A stretch of DNA of 58,273 bases, counting the filler, from Candidatus Desantisbacteria bacterium CG1_02_49_89 (GTDB lineage Bacteria > Desantisbacteria > UBA1551): NCBI GenBank assembly GCA_001871075.1. It is 3 parts of 3 records of this genome, joined end to end, with 100 filler letters (N's around TTAATTAATTAA, not from the genome) between each part and the next. Parts side by side here need not be neighbours in the genome. Positions count along the whole stretch, not along the records: positions 1 to 26,830 come from MNUP01000083.1; 2 more parts are not named here. One strand, given 5' to 3'. Below are positions 1 through 10,200 of this stretch, piece by piece. The position numbers and the translations under genes were made by a program. The notes below the pieces were generated by a model that was given only the letters and a program-made list of their open reading frames with translations, was not told where the DNA came from and searched no databases. The stretch's first letter is position 1. Each line of letters begins with the position of its first letter.

Positions 1-1
1 A

Positions 2-727
2 ATTGACTGCAGTGGCCAGTTGCCAGTTGTCAGCGAGATAAAAAAGGAAGAGAAACCCAAAGCCGAAGCAGTGAAGCCGAAAGCGGAGGCAGCAGGGGAA
101 CTGGGGGAAGTGTTCAGGGACGATTTTAGCAAGGGCGCGAAGAACTGGGATGTTCTCGGAGGGGAATGGGAGGTAAAGGACGGCAAGTATTTCGGGGCTG
201 AACTGGACGGGGGCAACGCCATTACTTATGCGGCCAGCGCGGCGGACATCGAGGCGGGCGCTTTTGAGGTGAAGGTTACCGTGACAGAGCGGGCTTTCGC
301 TGAGCAGTGGGCGTTCTTCGGGATAATAATAGGCACCGACGCTTCCAATTTCTGGCTGCTCGGTTTCACGGAAGGGCCTGCGCAGGAGCATTACGTGGAT
401 TTCCTTGAGAGCCTGGAAGGCACGTGGCAGGCGCAGAGCGAGGCAGCCACAAAGCTTAAGGCAAAGAACGAAAAGGACATGTACTTCAAATGGGAATACA
501 ATAAAGAATATAAGTTCAGGCTTGAGATGGGCGCGGACGGCATAACCGGCAAGATCGTAGATCTCAAGAAAGACAGCGTGCTGGCGCAGAGGACATGGGT
601 GTTCGGGGAGATGACCGCGGTCAGGATGGGCAAGCCCGGCCTGATATCAAGGGGCATGAAGGGTTATTATAAGGACGCGGTGGTGCTGGGCAAAGGCGTA
701 AAAAAAAATCTGAAGGATCTGCGATGA
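2..727 (+). CDS. 5'-truncated N-terminal part (concanavalin/LamG-like beta-sandwich) of a large glycoside-hydrolase-like protein; probably continuous with 724-4206 via a frameshift
   Basis: The frame is open from position 2. FRDDFSKGAKNWDV...HYVDFLESLEGTWQAQ closely matches the N-terminal domain of 7223-11452 (WSDDFTKGARDWEV...HYIDFLENLGGKWQAQ). There is an A9 run at 700-708. Confidence 0.75.
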   Translation: MDCSGQLPVVSEIKKEEKPKAEAVKPKAEAAGELGEVFRDDFSKGAKNWDVLGGEWEVKDGKYFGAELDGGNAITYAASAADIEAGAFEVKVTVTERAFAEQWAFFGIIIGTDASNFWLLGFTEGPAQEHYVDFLESLEGTWQAQSEAATKLKAKNEKDMYFKWEYNKEYKFRLEMGADGITGKIVDLKKDSVLAQRTWVFGEMTAVRMGKPGLISRGMKGYYKDAVVLGKGVKKNLKDLR

Positions 728-3700
728 AAACAGAGGAAGAAATGGCAAAACCCAAACCAGCTTTGAAAATAGAGGACGGAAAAGAAGGCAGGATCGCGGT
801 CCTGAAGGACGGGCTTCCCGGAATGGACCAGCAAGCGGTTGAACAGGCCGCGGCAGCCCTGCGCGCGAAGGGATTCGGCGTCACATTCCTTTCAGCTGAG
901 GATGCCTGCGGGGAAGACCTGAGCCGCGATAATTTTTTCCTTTACGTAATACCCAATTCAAGGTATTACCCGGCTAAGGGGATAGAGGTGCTGAGGAAAT
1001 ATATCCGCGGCAAAGGGAGCCTGGTCACGCTGGGCGGGCCGGCGTTCAAAAATATGCTGTGGAAGCAGAAGGTGGCGGGAAAGGACCAGTGGCTGGACAG
1101 GGAATCCTTCATAGAGCTGCTTTCAACTACCAAGCAGGAGAACATTTTCCTCAATTTCGAAGAAGACGATTTTTCCGGCTGGCAGCCTGCTACGAACGAG
1201 CCGGGCTCGGGTTCAATGGAGGCTGCGGCAGGCGGGGTTAAAGGCAAATGCCTGAAATTCGACATCTCAAACCTGAGCGGGTGGAGCACGTATTATTCAC
1301 CTTCCATCGACGGGATGTTCCCTGAGGGGCACGGCCTGCTGTGCTTCTGGGCAAAGGGGGACGACAAAACCCCGATGATGATAATAGAGATGAACGAGCA
1401 GGACGGGTCCAGGTGGATAGGGACCGTGAAGCTCACGGCCGGGTGGAAATACTACGTGATGTCGCCTGAGGAATTCCCCTACTGGCAGGATTCGCCCACG
1501 AAGGACAAGAGGGGGAAGCCCGGGGATTATTTCAATCCAGAGAACGCGGTAAAGATCAATTTCGGGATAGCGTTCAGCCACACGCCGATGGGAGGGGGGG
1601 CGCACACTTTCTGGATGGACGAAGTCGGCACCGCGAAGAATCCTTTCGGCAAGTTCGAGCAGGGGATGATGAGCGCTCCGCTTGTTATCGAGGCGATCTC
1701 GCCTTCATACAAGGTTTACAGGACAATGGAGCCGGTTTCTTCGGTTGCCGCGGACCAGGGCCAGGTAATAATAGACAAAAATACTTCTTTCGCCGCGCCT
1801 TCGGATTTTGTGTGCCCGGTGCACAGGCCTGTCGGGTCCGGCTACAAGAACAAACGCAGGCTGCGCTGGATCCCGCTTGCGAAATGCTTTGATAAGAACA
1901 AGGAAGAAAGGGGCGCCGTGATCTCAATTCTCGTGAACAACGCCCCGCCCTTCAAGGGCTCGATGTTCGCCGCCTTCGGAATGAACGACCAGGGGCTTTA
2001 CAAAGATGAGGCAGTGAAATCCGCGCTCGCGGAGGTCTGCCGCAGGATCAGGGACGGAATTTTCCTTTTTGAGGCAGGTTCCCAGTACTTCTCCTATTAC
2101 CCCGGAGAGGACGTTACGCTTGGGGCTGATGTCGTTAATTTCGGCGAAAAGGACGCGGACGTAACGGTAAGAATACAAATTATCCCCTCACCCCCATCTC
2201 AATCTTCCCCCGTCCCGCCCAGTAAAATTGGCGGGCAAGCCAAGGGGGAAGAGGATAAAACTAATGTAGCGGCAGGGCTTGCCCTGCAGCCTGTTTTTAA
2301 AAATGAATATAAAATTTCCTTGAAGGCGGGCCAGACCGGGTCCGCTGAATTCGCCTGGAGCCTTAAAGATCCGAAAGCGGACCTCTACGTTGTCAGGACC
2401 GAGCTTCTCAGGGACGGGAAGGTCATTGACGTTATAACCCACGAAATGGGCGTTCTGTCTGACAAGAAGCCCGCTCCGGATGATTTCGTTACGGTTAAGG
2501 ACGGCAATTTCTGGCTGAACGGGAAAAAATGGTATCCGGTGGCAATCAATTTCTGGCCCCTATATATTTCGGGCACTGAGCCGGGTGAATACCACCTTGG
2601 CTGGATCGACCCCGCGTACTACGAGCCGGCTGAGCTTGAGAAGGACCTTGAAAGGGCGAATGCACTGGGAATGACCATGCTCAGCGTCCAGATGGGCGGT
2701 AAGGGGAATGCGAGGAACCTTATGGATTTCCTGCGCCGCTGCGAAAAGCACGGCATAAAGGTGAACGGGTTCCTGAACGGCGCGTCTCCAATTGACTTCA
2801 ACGAGAAAACGGTAAGGGAATTCATGGAGGCCGGCAAATTAAAGGATAACCCCGCTGTTTTTGCCTATGACATAATCTGGGAGCCGGGCAATTCCATGTT
2901 CAATGCCGATGGCAGGAAGAGATGGGCAAAAGACTGGCAGGCATGGATAAACGAAAGGTACGGAAGCCTTGATAACGCTGAGGCGGACTGGGGCTTCACC
3001 ATACAGAAGGACGGCGCCAAAGCCCTGCCTCCAACAGACCAGCAGATGTCGCAGGACGGGGAATGGCGCGTGATGACAGCGGCTTATAGAAGGTTTATGG
3101 ACGACCTTATGAGCAGGAAGTGGAACGACGCGCACAGGAGGATAAAGAAGTACGATCCCAACCATCTTATAAGTTTCAGGCAGGGCAACACCCTTCCGCA
3201 CGATTTCGCTCTCACTGCCTGCTGCAAGCATATCGATTTCATATGCCCGGAAGGATATTCCATATCGAATTCAGATGACGGGTATAACGCTGCAGGCTTC
3301 ATAACCCGTTACGTCAACTTTACAACCCGGGGCAAGCCGATCTACTGGGCTGAGTTCGGGCAGAGCGTCTGGGATGGCTCAAGGATGGAGCCAAGCCTGT
3401 CCGCGATGAAGTCACAGGCTGAATACCATGACAGGTTCTACAGGATGGTGCTGGAAGCCTACGCGGTCGGCACAGCTCCCTGGTGGTGGCCGGGCGGTTA
3501 CAGGGTGGACGAGAAAAGCGATTACGGCATTATAAACCCTGACGGCACATTCAGGCCTTCGGCGCAGCTTTTAAAGAAGTATTCGCCGCTCATGCAGCAG
3601 GACAAGGCTTTACGCGTGCCTGACCACTGGATCACGTTTGACAGGGACACCCACGCAGGCGGCTACTGGTACATGGCTTTCCACGACGGCAAGGACGAGT

Positions 3701-4206
3701 ACAAGAAAGCGGTTTCATCTCAGAAGGTCCTGGGCATAAGATCCCCGGGTACAGGCATGAATTCCGCAAATGTCCTGCTGAAAGCAGTGGGAAACACCGC
3801 GTATAACGGCAAAAACCCGCCGAAATACCTTAACGCCGAGTTCAACTGGGTAAAGATAAAGGACGTAACAGGGGAATGGCAGGATATTTATTCAAGCAAG
3901 ACCATAGAGGTTGAAAAGGGAAAGCCGGTCCTGGCACAGGCAAGCATGGGGAACCTGGGTGAGGCTGAATGGTTCGCGCCCGCTCTTCATCCCGGCGCCG
4001 GAGGCGTGTGCCTCGGGTCCAGGGAAGGGGACGTGAAATTCAGCCAGCCTGTACCGAAGGATACGCTGTACCTCGCTGATGCCGTTATCGCGGAATTCAA
4101 GATTTGCGACGGAATAACAAGGGACGCGAAGGTCGTTTTTGAGATGAACGCGAAGGACCGCTGCTGGTTCGGCGAGAAACTAACAATAACCTTGATACCT
4201 AAATAA
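724..4206 (+). CDS. Large multidomain glycoside hydrolase-like protein (GATase-like, CBM11-like, Ig-like and GH-A-clan TIM barrel domains)
   Basis: 1160-aa ORF with VKDGNFWLNGKKW at the barrel start, YDIIWEP (acid/base position), WAEFG (nucleophile position) and FWAKGD (CBM-like). Collinear paralogue of 7223-11452. Confidence 0.7.
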   Translation: MKTEEEMAKPKPALKIEDGKEGRIAVLKDGLPGMDQQAVEQAAAALRAKGFGVTFLSAEDACGEDLSRDNFFLYVIPNSRYYPAKGIEVLRKYIRGKGSLVTLGGPAFKNMLWKQKVAGKDQWLDRESFIELLSTTKQENIFLNFEEDDFSGWQPATNEPGSGSMEAAAGGVKGKCLKFDISNLSGWSTYYSPSIDGMFPEGHGLLCFWAKGDDKTPMMIIEMNEQDGSRWIGTVKLTAGWKYYVMSPEEFPYWQDSPTKDKRGKPGDYFNPENAVKINFGIAFSHTPMGGGAHTFWMDEVGTAKNPFGKFEQGMMSAPLVIEAISPSYKVYRTMEPVSSVAADQGQVIIDKNTSFAAPSDFVCPVHRPVGSGYKNKRRLRWIPLAKCFDKNKEERGAVISILVNNAPPFKGSMFAAFGMNDQGLYKDEAVKSALAEVCRRIRDGIFLFEAGSQYFSYYPGEDVTLGADVVNFGEKDADVTVRIQIIPSPPSQSSPVPPSKIGGQAKGEEDKTNVAAGLALQPVFKNEYKISLKAGQTGSAEFAWSLKDPKADLYVVRTELLRDGKVIDVITHEMGVLSDKKPAPDDFVTVKDGNFWLNGKKWYPVAINFWPLYISGTEPGEYHLGWIDPAYYEPAELEKDLERANALGMTMLSVQMGGKGNARNLMDFLRRCEKHGIKVNGFLNGASPIDFNEKTVREFMEAGKLKDNPAVFAYDIIWEPGNSMFNADGRKRWAKDWQAWINERYGSLDNAEADWGFTIQKDGAKALPPTDQQMSQDGEWRVMTAAYRRFMDDLMSRKWNDAHRRIKKYDPNHLISFRQGNTLPHDFALTACCKHIDFICPEGYSISNSDDGYNAAGFITRYVNFTTRGKPIYWAEFGQSVWDGSRMEPSLSAMKSQAEYHDRFYRMVLEAYAVGTAPWWWPGGYRVDEKSDYGIINPDGTFRPSAQLLKKYSPLMQQDKALRVPDHWITFDRDTHAGGYWYMAFHDGKDEYKKAVSSQKVLGIRSPGTGMNSANVLLKAVGNTAYNGKNPPKYLNAEFNWVKIKDVTGEWQDIYSSKTIEVEKGKPVLAQASMGNLGEAEWFAPALHPGAGGVCLGSREGDVKFSQPVPKDTLYLADAVIAEFKICDGITRDAKVVFEMNAKDRCWFGEKLTITLIPK

Positions 4207-4330
4207 ACCACAGGTTACCACCCTCCTACGCCATTTGTGGGTTCTCCTGCAAGCACGACCAGCTGCGGCGGGCAGGCAGGTTAACACTGTTTAAGACTAA
4301 AATTGATTTTAACAGGGATTCAAAGAGAAT

Positions 4331-4471
4331 TTACTGAGAATCGCATAATACCTTGACAGTTGTCTTTGCGAGCGATAGCGAAGCAATCTCGTTTTTAACG
4401 ACGGGATTGCCACAGGCTTCGCCTTCGCAATGACATCAAAAAACGTCAACCAATTAAGCGAATATCAATAA
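4331..4471. mobile_element. MITE-like element with imperfect TIRs and an internal GTC(T)TTGCGAG...CGCAATGAC palindrome
   Basis: Left end TTACTGAGAATCGCATAATACCTTGAC versus the reverse complement of the right end TTATTGATATTCGCTTAATTGGTTGAC. The interior resembles 26595-26764. Confidence 0.6.
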
Positions 4472-4561
4472 GCTGCCTTTTAGATCTCTTAAGTTCCCTG
4501 TAAGGTATTTATTTTAAACTGTGTTCACCTGTGGTTAAAAAAGTTTTATTCCGGAGGATCT

Positions 4562-5092
4562 ATGTTCTTTTTTCTGACGAAGTTCATAACCAATATAATA
4601 AAGGAATTGCACTCGAAAGCAAGCCCGGCGCAGATGGGATGCGGGGCGGCCCTGGGCGCGATAGTGGGCCTGACGCCGTTCTGGTGCCTGCACAACCTTG
4701 TTATACTCCTTATTATAATGCTTGTGAACGTAAGCTCCGGCGCCGCTGCGTTCGCCGCCGTCATTTTCTCCCTGATAGCGTTTCTGTTCGACCCGCTCGC
4801 CAACGCCATCGGTTACTGGCTGCTGGCGGACGTTAAAGCGCTTGAGCCTTTCTGGACAAGAATCTACAACATGCCTGTTATACCCCTTACAAAGTTCAAT
4901 AACACTCTCGTGCTTGGAAGCCTTGTCCTGTCTTTGATCCTTTTTTACCCGGTTTACCTGCTCGCGATCTACGGCGTTAAGCAGTACAGGGCTCACCTGA
5001 GAGAGAAGATAGAGAAGATAAAGTTCTTCAGGATACTGAATGCAACGAAGTTCGCGCAGTGGTACCTTCAAGTTAGTGGGCTGGCAAAATAG
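4562..5092 (+). CDS. TIGR03546-family (DUF2062-like) membrane protein
   Basis: SPAQM..GAALG..VGLTP and IPLTKFNNTLVLGS motifs; GGAGG RBS; adjacent to its usual TIGR03545 partner. Confidence 0.85.
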   Translation: MFFFLTKFITNIIKELHSKASPAQMGCGAALGAIVGLTPFWCLHNLVILLIIMLVNVSSGAAAFAAVIFSLIAFLFDPLANAIGYWLLADVKALEPFWTRIYNMPVIPLTKFNNTLVLGSLVLSLILFYPVYLLAIYGVKQYRAHLREKIEKIKFFRILNATKFAQWYLQVSGLAK

Positions 5093-5224
5093 TTAAGACA
5101 TTGCAAAAGTCAAATTGCAAATTGTAAAATGTAAATTTAAATTCCTTAAATCTACAATCTGCAATATTTTAATCACCGTAATCTCTTTAATAATCACCGT
5201 AATCATTTTTTAAGCGGAGCGAAA

Positions 5225-7093
5225 ATGAGGTGGAAGAATTTTATTCCTTTCGTAATAATAGTCGTCGCGGGGACAATCATATACCTTTTCTTCCTTGACA
5301 CGATCCTTAAGTTCAGCATTCAGAACCTTGGCAGTAGTATTGCAGGTGCAAAGGTCGAGGTGCGGAAGGTCCATTTTGACATTTTGAAGCTTTCCATAGA
5401 CGCCAGGGACCTGCGGGTGGGGAACAAGAAGGACGAATGGCGCAATCTTTTCGAGGCCGGAAAAATAAAGTTCGCCATGAACCCAGGGTTGCTTTTTGAA
5501 AGGAAGTTCATAATAGACGAGATGACTGCCGAAGGTGTAAAGTGGAACACCAGGCGCAAAACTTCCTGCAGGATTCCGGAGAAAAAGAAAAAGAAGGAAG
5601 ACGGGGAGGAAGATACCGAGACGGATGAGGTCAGGACAGAGAAACCCTCCTTTTTCCAGACGATGCTGAGCAAGGTGGATATAAAGCAGATCTTTGACGT
5701 GAACAAGATAAGCTCGGTGGCGGGAATAACGTCCATGAAGGCGGACGTGGAAACGAAAACCGCTTTCTGGCAGAAGGAACTTGCCGCCAGCGATTACAAA
5801 GCGCAGGCAGAAGCCATAGGAAAAACCGTCTCGGAAATAAAGGTAGGCGCGGGCATGAGCGTTGAGGACGCCCGCGTTGCTCTTGCGAAGCTCAACGAGG
5901 CGAAGGTACAGCTTGACAGCCTGACAGCGGATTACAACACGGTGAAGGCAAGGTTTGATTCCGATTATAAAACGGTTTCCGGTTATCCGGCCAGGATAAA
6001 CGACCTGAAACTGCTGGACATAAAGAAAATGATCGGCGAGGCAAAGGGCGGGATCGAACCGCAGGGCATAGCAAGGTCCGTGTTCGGGCCTGTGTGGATA
6101 GACAGGACAAATTCTGCCCTTTTCTGGGTCAAGAAGGGCAGGAAAATGATGCCGAAGAAATACAAGCTCAAAGCGCCGAAAAGAAGCAAGGGAATATGGA
6201 TCGCGTTCCCCGGAAAAAGGAACATGCCGGTTTTCCTCATAAAGAAACTGCTGCTGTCCGGAGAAGCGCCTAACGGGGTCGTGTTCAGCGGCATTATTAC
6301 GGGCATAACTTCAAGCCCCCCGGTCCTCGGCGAGCCGATCGTGGCGGATATAAAGGCATGGTTCCCCAATATAAACTCCGAAAAAACGTTCGCGAATATC
6401 AGGGCGGTGCTCGACCATACGACCTCGGACGCGAAGGATGATTTTACCGTCCTTGCCAGGAACTTCCCCATAAAGGAATTCAGGATCGGGCAGAGCGATG
6501 TCCTGCCCACGACCATGCATATCGGCGGCGCGGATATAAACATGGCCTTCGGCCTGCACGAGAAAGAACTTGATTCGAGCATTAATGTAGATTTTAATAA
6601 TGTCGGTTTCACGTCTGACGCCCCGCCGCAGACCGACCTGGCGAAGATAGCCGCTGACGCTCTCAGCAATGTAGGCAGGATAAGCGCGAAGGGCAGGATG
6701 TACGGCCCGATGAGCGCGCTTAAGTTCGAAATGAGCTCAAGCATGGACAGCATTCTTTCGCAGAAGTTCAACGAGGCGGTAGGAAAGCGGCTGAAAGAGG
6801 AAGAAGCAAGGATACGCGCCGAGATAGACAGGGCGGTTGACGCGGGTAAACAGGATCTGCAGGCGAAAACGGACGATTTCAAAAAGCAGGCCCAGTCGCA
6901 GATAGATGCGTATAAGGCGTCCCTGGATGCCCAGGCGCAGCTCGTGCAGGCGAAGACAGACGAGGTGAAAAAGCAGGGTGAGGCGTATGTGGACCAGGAA
7001 AAGAAGAAGGCTGAGCAGGAACTGCAGAAAAAAGGCGAAGAGCTTAAGAACCAGGCAGCTGACAAGCTGAAAGGCCTTTTCGGCGGCAAATAA
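5225..7093 (+). CDS. TIGR03545-family protein (AsmA-like, N-terminal anchor, C-terminal coiled coil)
   Basis: N-terminal TM followed by GAKVEV and NLFEAG motifs; ends KLKGLFG; paired with the TIGR03546-like gene. Confidence 0.8.
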   Translation: MRWKNFIPFVIIVVAGTIIYLFFLDTILKFSIQNLGSSIAGAKVEVRKVHFDILKLSIDARDLRVGNKKDEWRNLFEAGKIKFAMNPGLLFERKFIIDEMTAEGVKWNTRRKTSCRIPEKKKKKEDGEEDTETDEVRTEKPSFFQTMLSKVDIKQIFDVNKISSVAGITSMKADVETKTAFWQKELAASDYKAQAEAIGKTVSEIKVGAGMSVEDARVALAKLNEAKVQLDSLTADYNTVKARFDSDYKTVSGYPARINDLKLLDIKKMIGEAKGGIEPQGIARSVFGPVWIDRTNSALFWVKKGRKMMPKKYKLKAPKRSKGIWIAFPGKRNMPVFLIKKLLLSGEAPNGVVFSGIITGITSSPPVLGEPIVADIKAWFPNINSEKTFANIRAVLDHTTSDAKDDFTVLARNFPIKEFRIGQSDVLPTTMHIGGADINMAFGLHEKELDSSINVDFNNVGFTSDAPPQTDLAKIAADALSNVGRISAKGRMYGPMSALKFEMSSSMDSILSQKFNEAVGKRLKEEEARIRAEIDRAVDAGKQDLQAKTDDFKKQAQSQIDAYKASLDAQAQLVQAKTDEVKKQGEAYVDQEKKKAEQELQKKGEELKNQAADKLKGLFGGK

Positions 7094-7222
7094 CTCGTTC
7101 ATCGTGCTTCGTGCATCGTTCATCGCTGAAATAATATCCAGTAACAGTGTCCAGTATCCAGTAAAGACAAAATTCGCGGAAATTCGTGCTAATTCGTGGT
7201 TAAAATGTATTTAGGGGGAAAA

Positions 7223-10200
7223 ATGCGTAAAATAATATTTTTAGTTCTAATAACGTTTTTAACTTTCAACTTTCAACCTTTAACTTTTAACTGCGCGCCA
7301 GCGCAAGCGCAGGACAAGCCTCTCTGGTCCGACGACTTCACCAAAGGCGCCAGGGACTGGGAGGTCATAGCCGGCGACTGGGAAATAAAGGGCGGGAAAT
7401 GCCTTATAGCCGAACCGGCGCAGGCGTGGATCGTTTCCAGCAAGGCGCCTGACCTGGAGCAGCAGGTCCTGGAAGTGAAGATGACCGTGCAGGAAAGACT
7501 GAGCGAAGACGGCTGGTCTGTCGCCGGAATAATGATGTGGATAGACGCGGACAATTATTTCATGCTGGGGTTCACTGAGGCGCCTGATAAAAAACAGCAC
7601 TACATAGATTTTCTTGAGAACCTCGGCGGGAAATGGCAGGCTCAGCAGGAAGAGGGCACAAGGCTTAAGGCACTGAAGGAAAAGAACATGGCGCTGAACT
7701 GGAAATACAACACGGAATACAAGCTGCGTTTCGAGCTGGACAAGAAGGGGGTCACGGGAACGGTCCTGAACCCAGAAACGGACAAGGTTATTTCCCAGAG
7801 ACGCTACGAGTTCGGTGACGCGGAGGCGATACGCAGCGGCAGGTTCGGCATGCTTGTATGGGGCCAGACTGTTTCATACAGGGAACCTGCTGTCTGGAAA
7901 ACGCTTCCGGCTGTTGCGCCGGCTGCTGCTGCTCCTGCGGCTGTGCCGGCAACTCCGGCAGAGGTGAAGAAAGAAGTGAAAAAATCCGAAGGGACCCCTT
8001 TGGGGGAGGAGCCTGCTGCGGCTGCTGAACAGAAGAAGGAGGATGTTGTGAAAAAGAAATTTTCGGAAAAGATCGCGATCTTCGTTGAGCCTGACCTCGG
8101 GGCGGATAGATCCGCCGCGGAATCCTTAAAGAGCGCCCTGGACCAGGCAGGCCTGAAATCCAGGCTTATCAGCGGGGACGAGCTCTGCGACGGGGATTTT
8201 TTCAACCGCGGTAATTTTGACGTCGTAATTTTTCCCGCGGCAAAGACCTACCCCGCGGCCGGAGCGGCAAACATAGAGAAATTCCTCGCGAAAGGCGGCA
8301 ACCTTATAGCCGCGGGGGGGATCCCTTTTTCGAACCCCGCATGGAAAAAGGACAACAGGTGGATGGACAAAGAAACATTCATGCGCAGGCTCGCGGAAAT
8401 AAAAACAGAGAACATGGTCTTTGACTTTGAGGACGGAGACGTTTCAGGCTGGCAGAGAGGAGCCAACGATATGAATTCTCCCTCTGCGTTTGAGGTCCAG
8501 GACGGCGGTTTCAAGGGTTCCATGAACAGCCTGCTCATTGATATCGAGAACCTGTCCGGCTGGGATACCTGGAGGAAGGATTTCTCGGTCCCTCAGGGGC
8601 ACAACCTGTTCTGTTTCTGGGCGAAAGGCGACGACAGGACCGGGATGGTCTCGATCGAATGCGTTGAGGACGATTCTTCCAGGTGGATAGCAAGCGTCAG
8701 GATCTCGGACAAATGGGAAAAATACGCCATCTACCCGGAGGAGTTCAAATACTGGAAGGACAACCAGAGCAAGGGAAGGGGCGGCCCGAAGGACACGGTA
8801 AAGTTCGAGAACGTGAATGCTATTTCCGTGGGGCTTTCTTTCACGCACACGGCCGCGGTGGGGCCTGGACGGCACAGGCTCTGGATGGATGAGATAGGGA
8901 CCACCCAGAACACGCTTGGGAAACTTGACCAGCACAAGGAAATGGTTATCGACGGTCTGTGCCCCGCTTATAAGATGTTCCCGATGACGAATTACGCGTC
9001 AGCGAAGGTGGATGCTGGCCAGCTTTTTGTGAAGGACGCGGCAATACCCCGGGTCAAAGACCCGTTCTCATCAAGCCCCAGGCCCAAAGGGACCGGGTTC
9101 GGCAAGAAAAGAAGGATGCGTTTTATACCGTTGGTCAACGCCTATGACAAGAACGGCAAAAGATGCGGTTACCTTGCGTGGATGTTCGTCAACAATTTTT
9201 CCCCGCTGAAGGGCAGCGCGCTTGCCTGCCTCGGCATCACCCAGCAGGAGCTTTTAAAGGACAAAGCGTTCGCCGGGATGATCATTGACCTTGCGAAGAA
9301 GATGACGGACGGCGTTTATCTTTACGAGGGAGGGTCCCAGCTGCCTGTTTATTACCAGGGAGAAAGCGTGAAACTCGGGGCGCAGGTCGTGAATTTCGGC
9401 CAGAGTGAAAGCCAGGAACTTATTGCGCGGATAAAGGTCAAGCCCAGGGGTAAAGAAGAGATCGCTTTCCAGAAAGAACTGCCTGTCGTGATCGCGGACA
9501 AATCCATATCCGTGGATTGCGCCTGGGAGCCGGGCAAGTTCGCGGACAGGCTCTACGACGTCACGACCGAACTCGTCAGGAAAGGCCAGGTAATAGACAT
9601 GGCGCGGCAGGAACTGCAGGTATGGGAGCCAAAGCCGCTTGAAAAAAGGAATTACATGACCGTGAAGGACGGGGATTTTTACCTTAACGGAAAGAAATGG
9701 TACGCGCACGGCGTTAACTATATGTGCTCGACCGAAATAGCCATAGAGGACGGGGAGTATTTCGAGCAGTACTTGAGCGCACGGTCCTACGATCCCGATA
9801 TAGCGGAAGAGGACCTGGACAGGATGAAAGAAATGGGAATGAATATGGTCAGTATTTTTATATACCATCCCGCGCACAAGGCGCGCAACACCCAGGACCT
9901 TATGATGAGAAGCGAGAAACACGGAATAATGGTGAACCTTTCACTGCGGCCCAATGCCGATCCCCTGATGTTCAAGTGGAAGGAAGTAAAGGGGATGATA
10001 GAGGATATGCGCGCGGCTGAGTTCGACGTTCTTTTCGCCTATGACCTTGCCTGGGAGCGCACCTGGGGCACGTACGAATCCAGCTACGGGAACGCGAAAG
10101 GCAGGAAAGGATATGACAAAGAATGGGAGAAATGGATCATAGAAAGGTACGGCAGCATAGAGAACGCTGAAAAAGATTGGGAATTCCCGATCCCCAAAAA

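Noticed and set aside
4351-4358. TTGACA -35 promoter boxes (also about 26619)
   Set aside because: They lie within MITE-like TIRs and have no convincing -10 at 16-18 bp.
5983-7089. Long antisense ORFs (also 28050-28661, 31555-32475, 52311-53099, 11445-12092)
   Set aside because: They are shadows of well-supported genes on the opposite strand and show no recognisable motifs.
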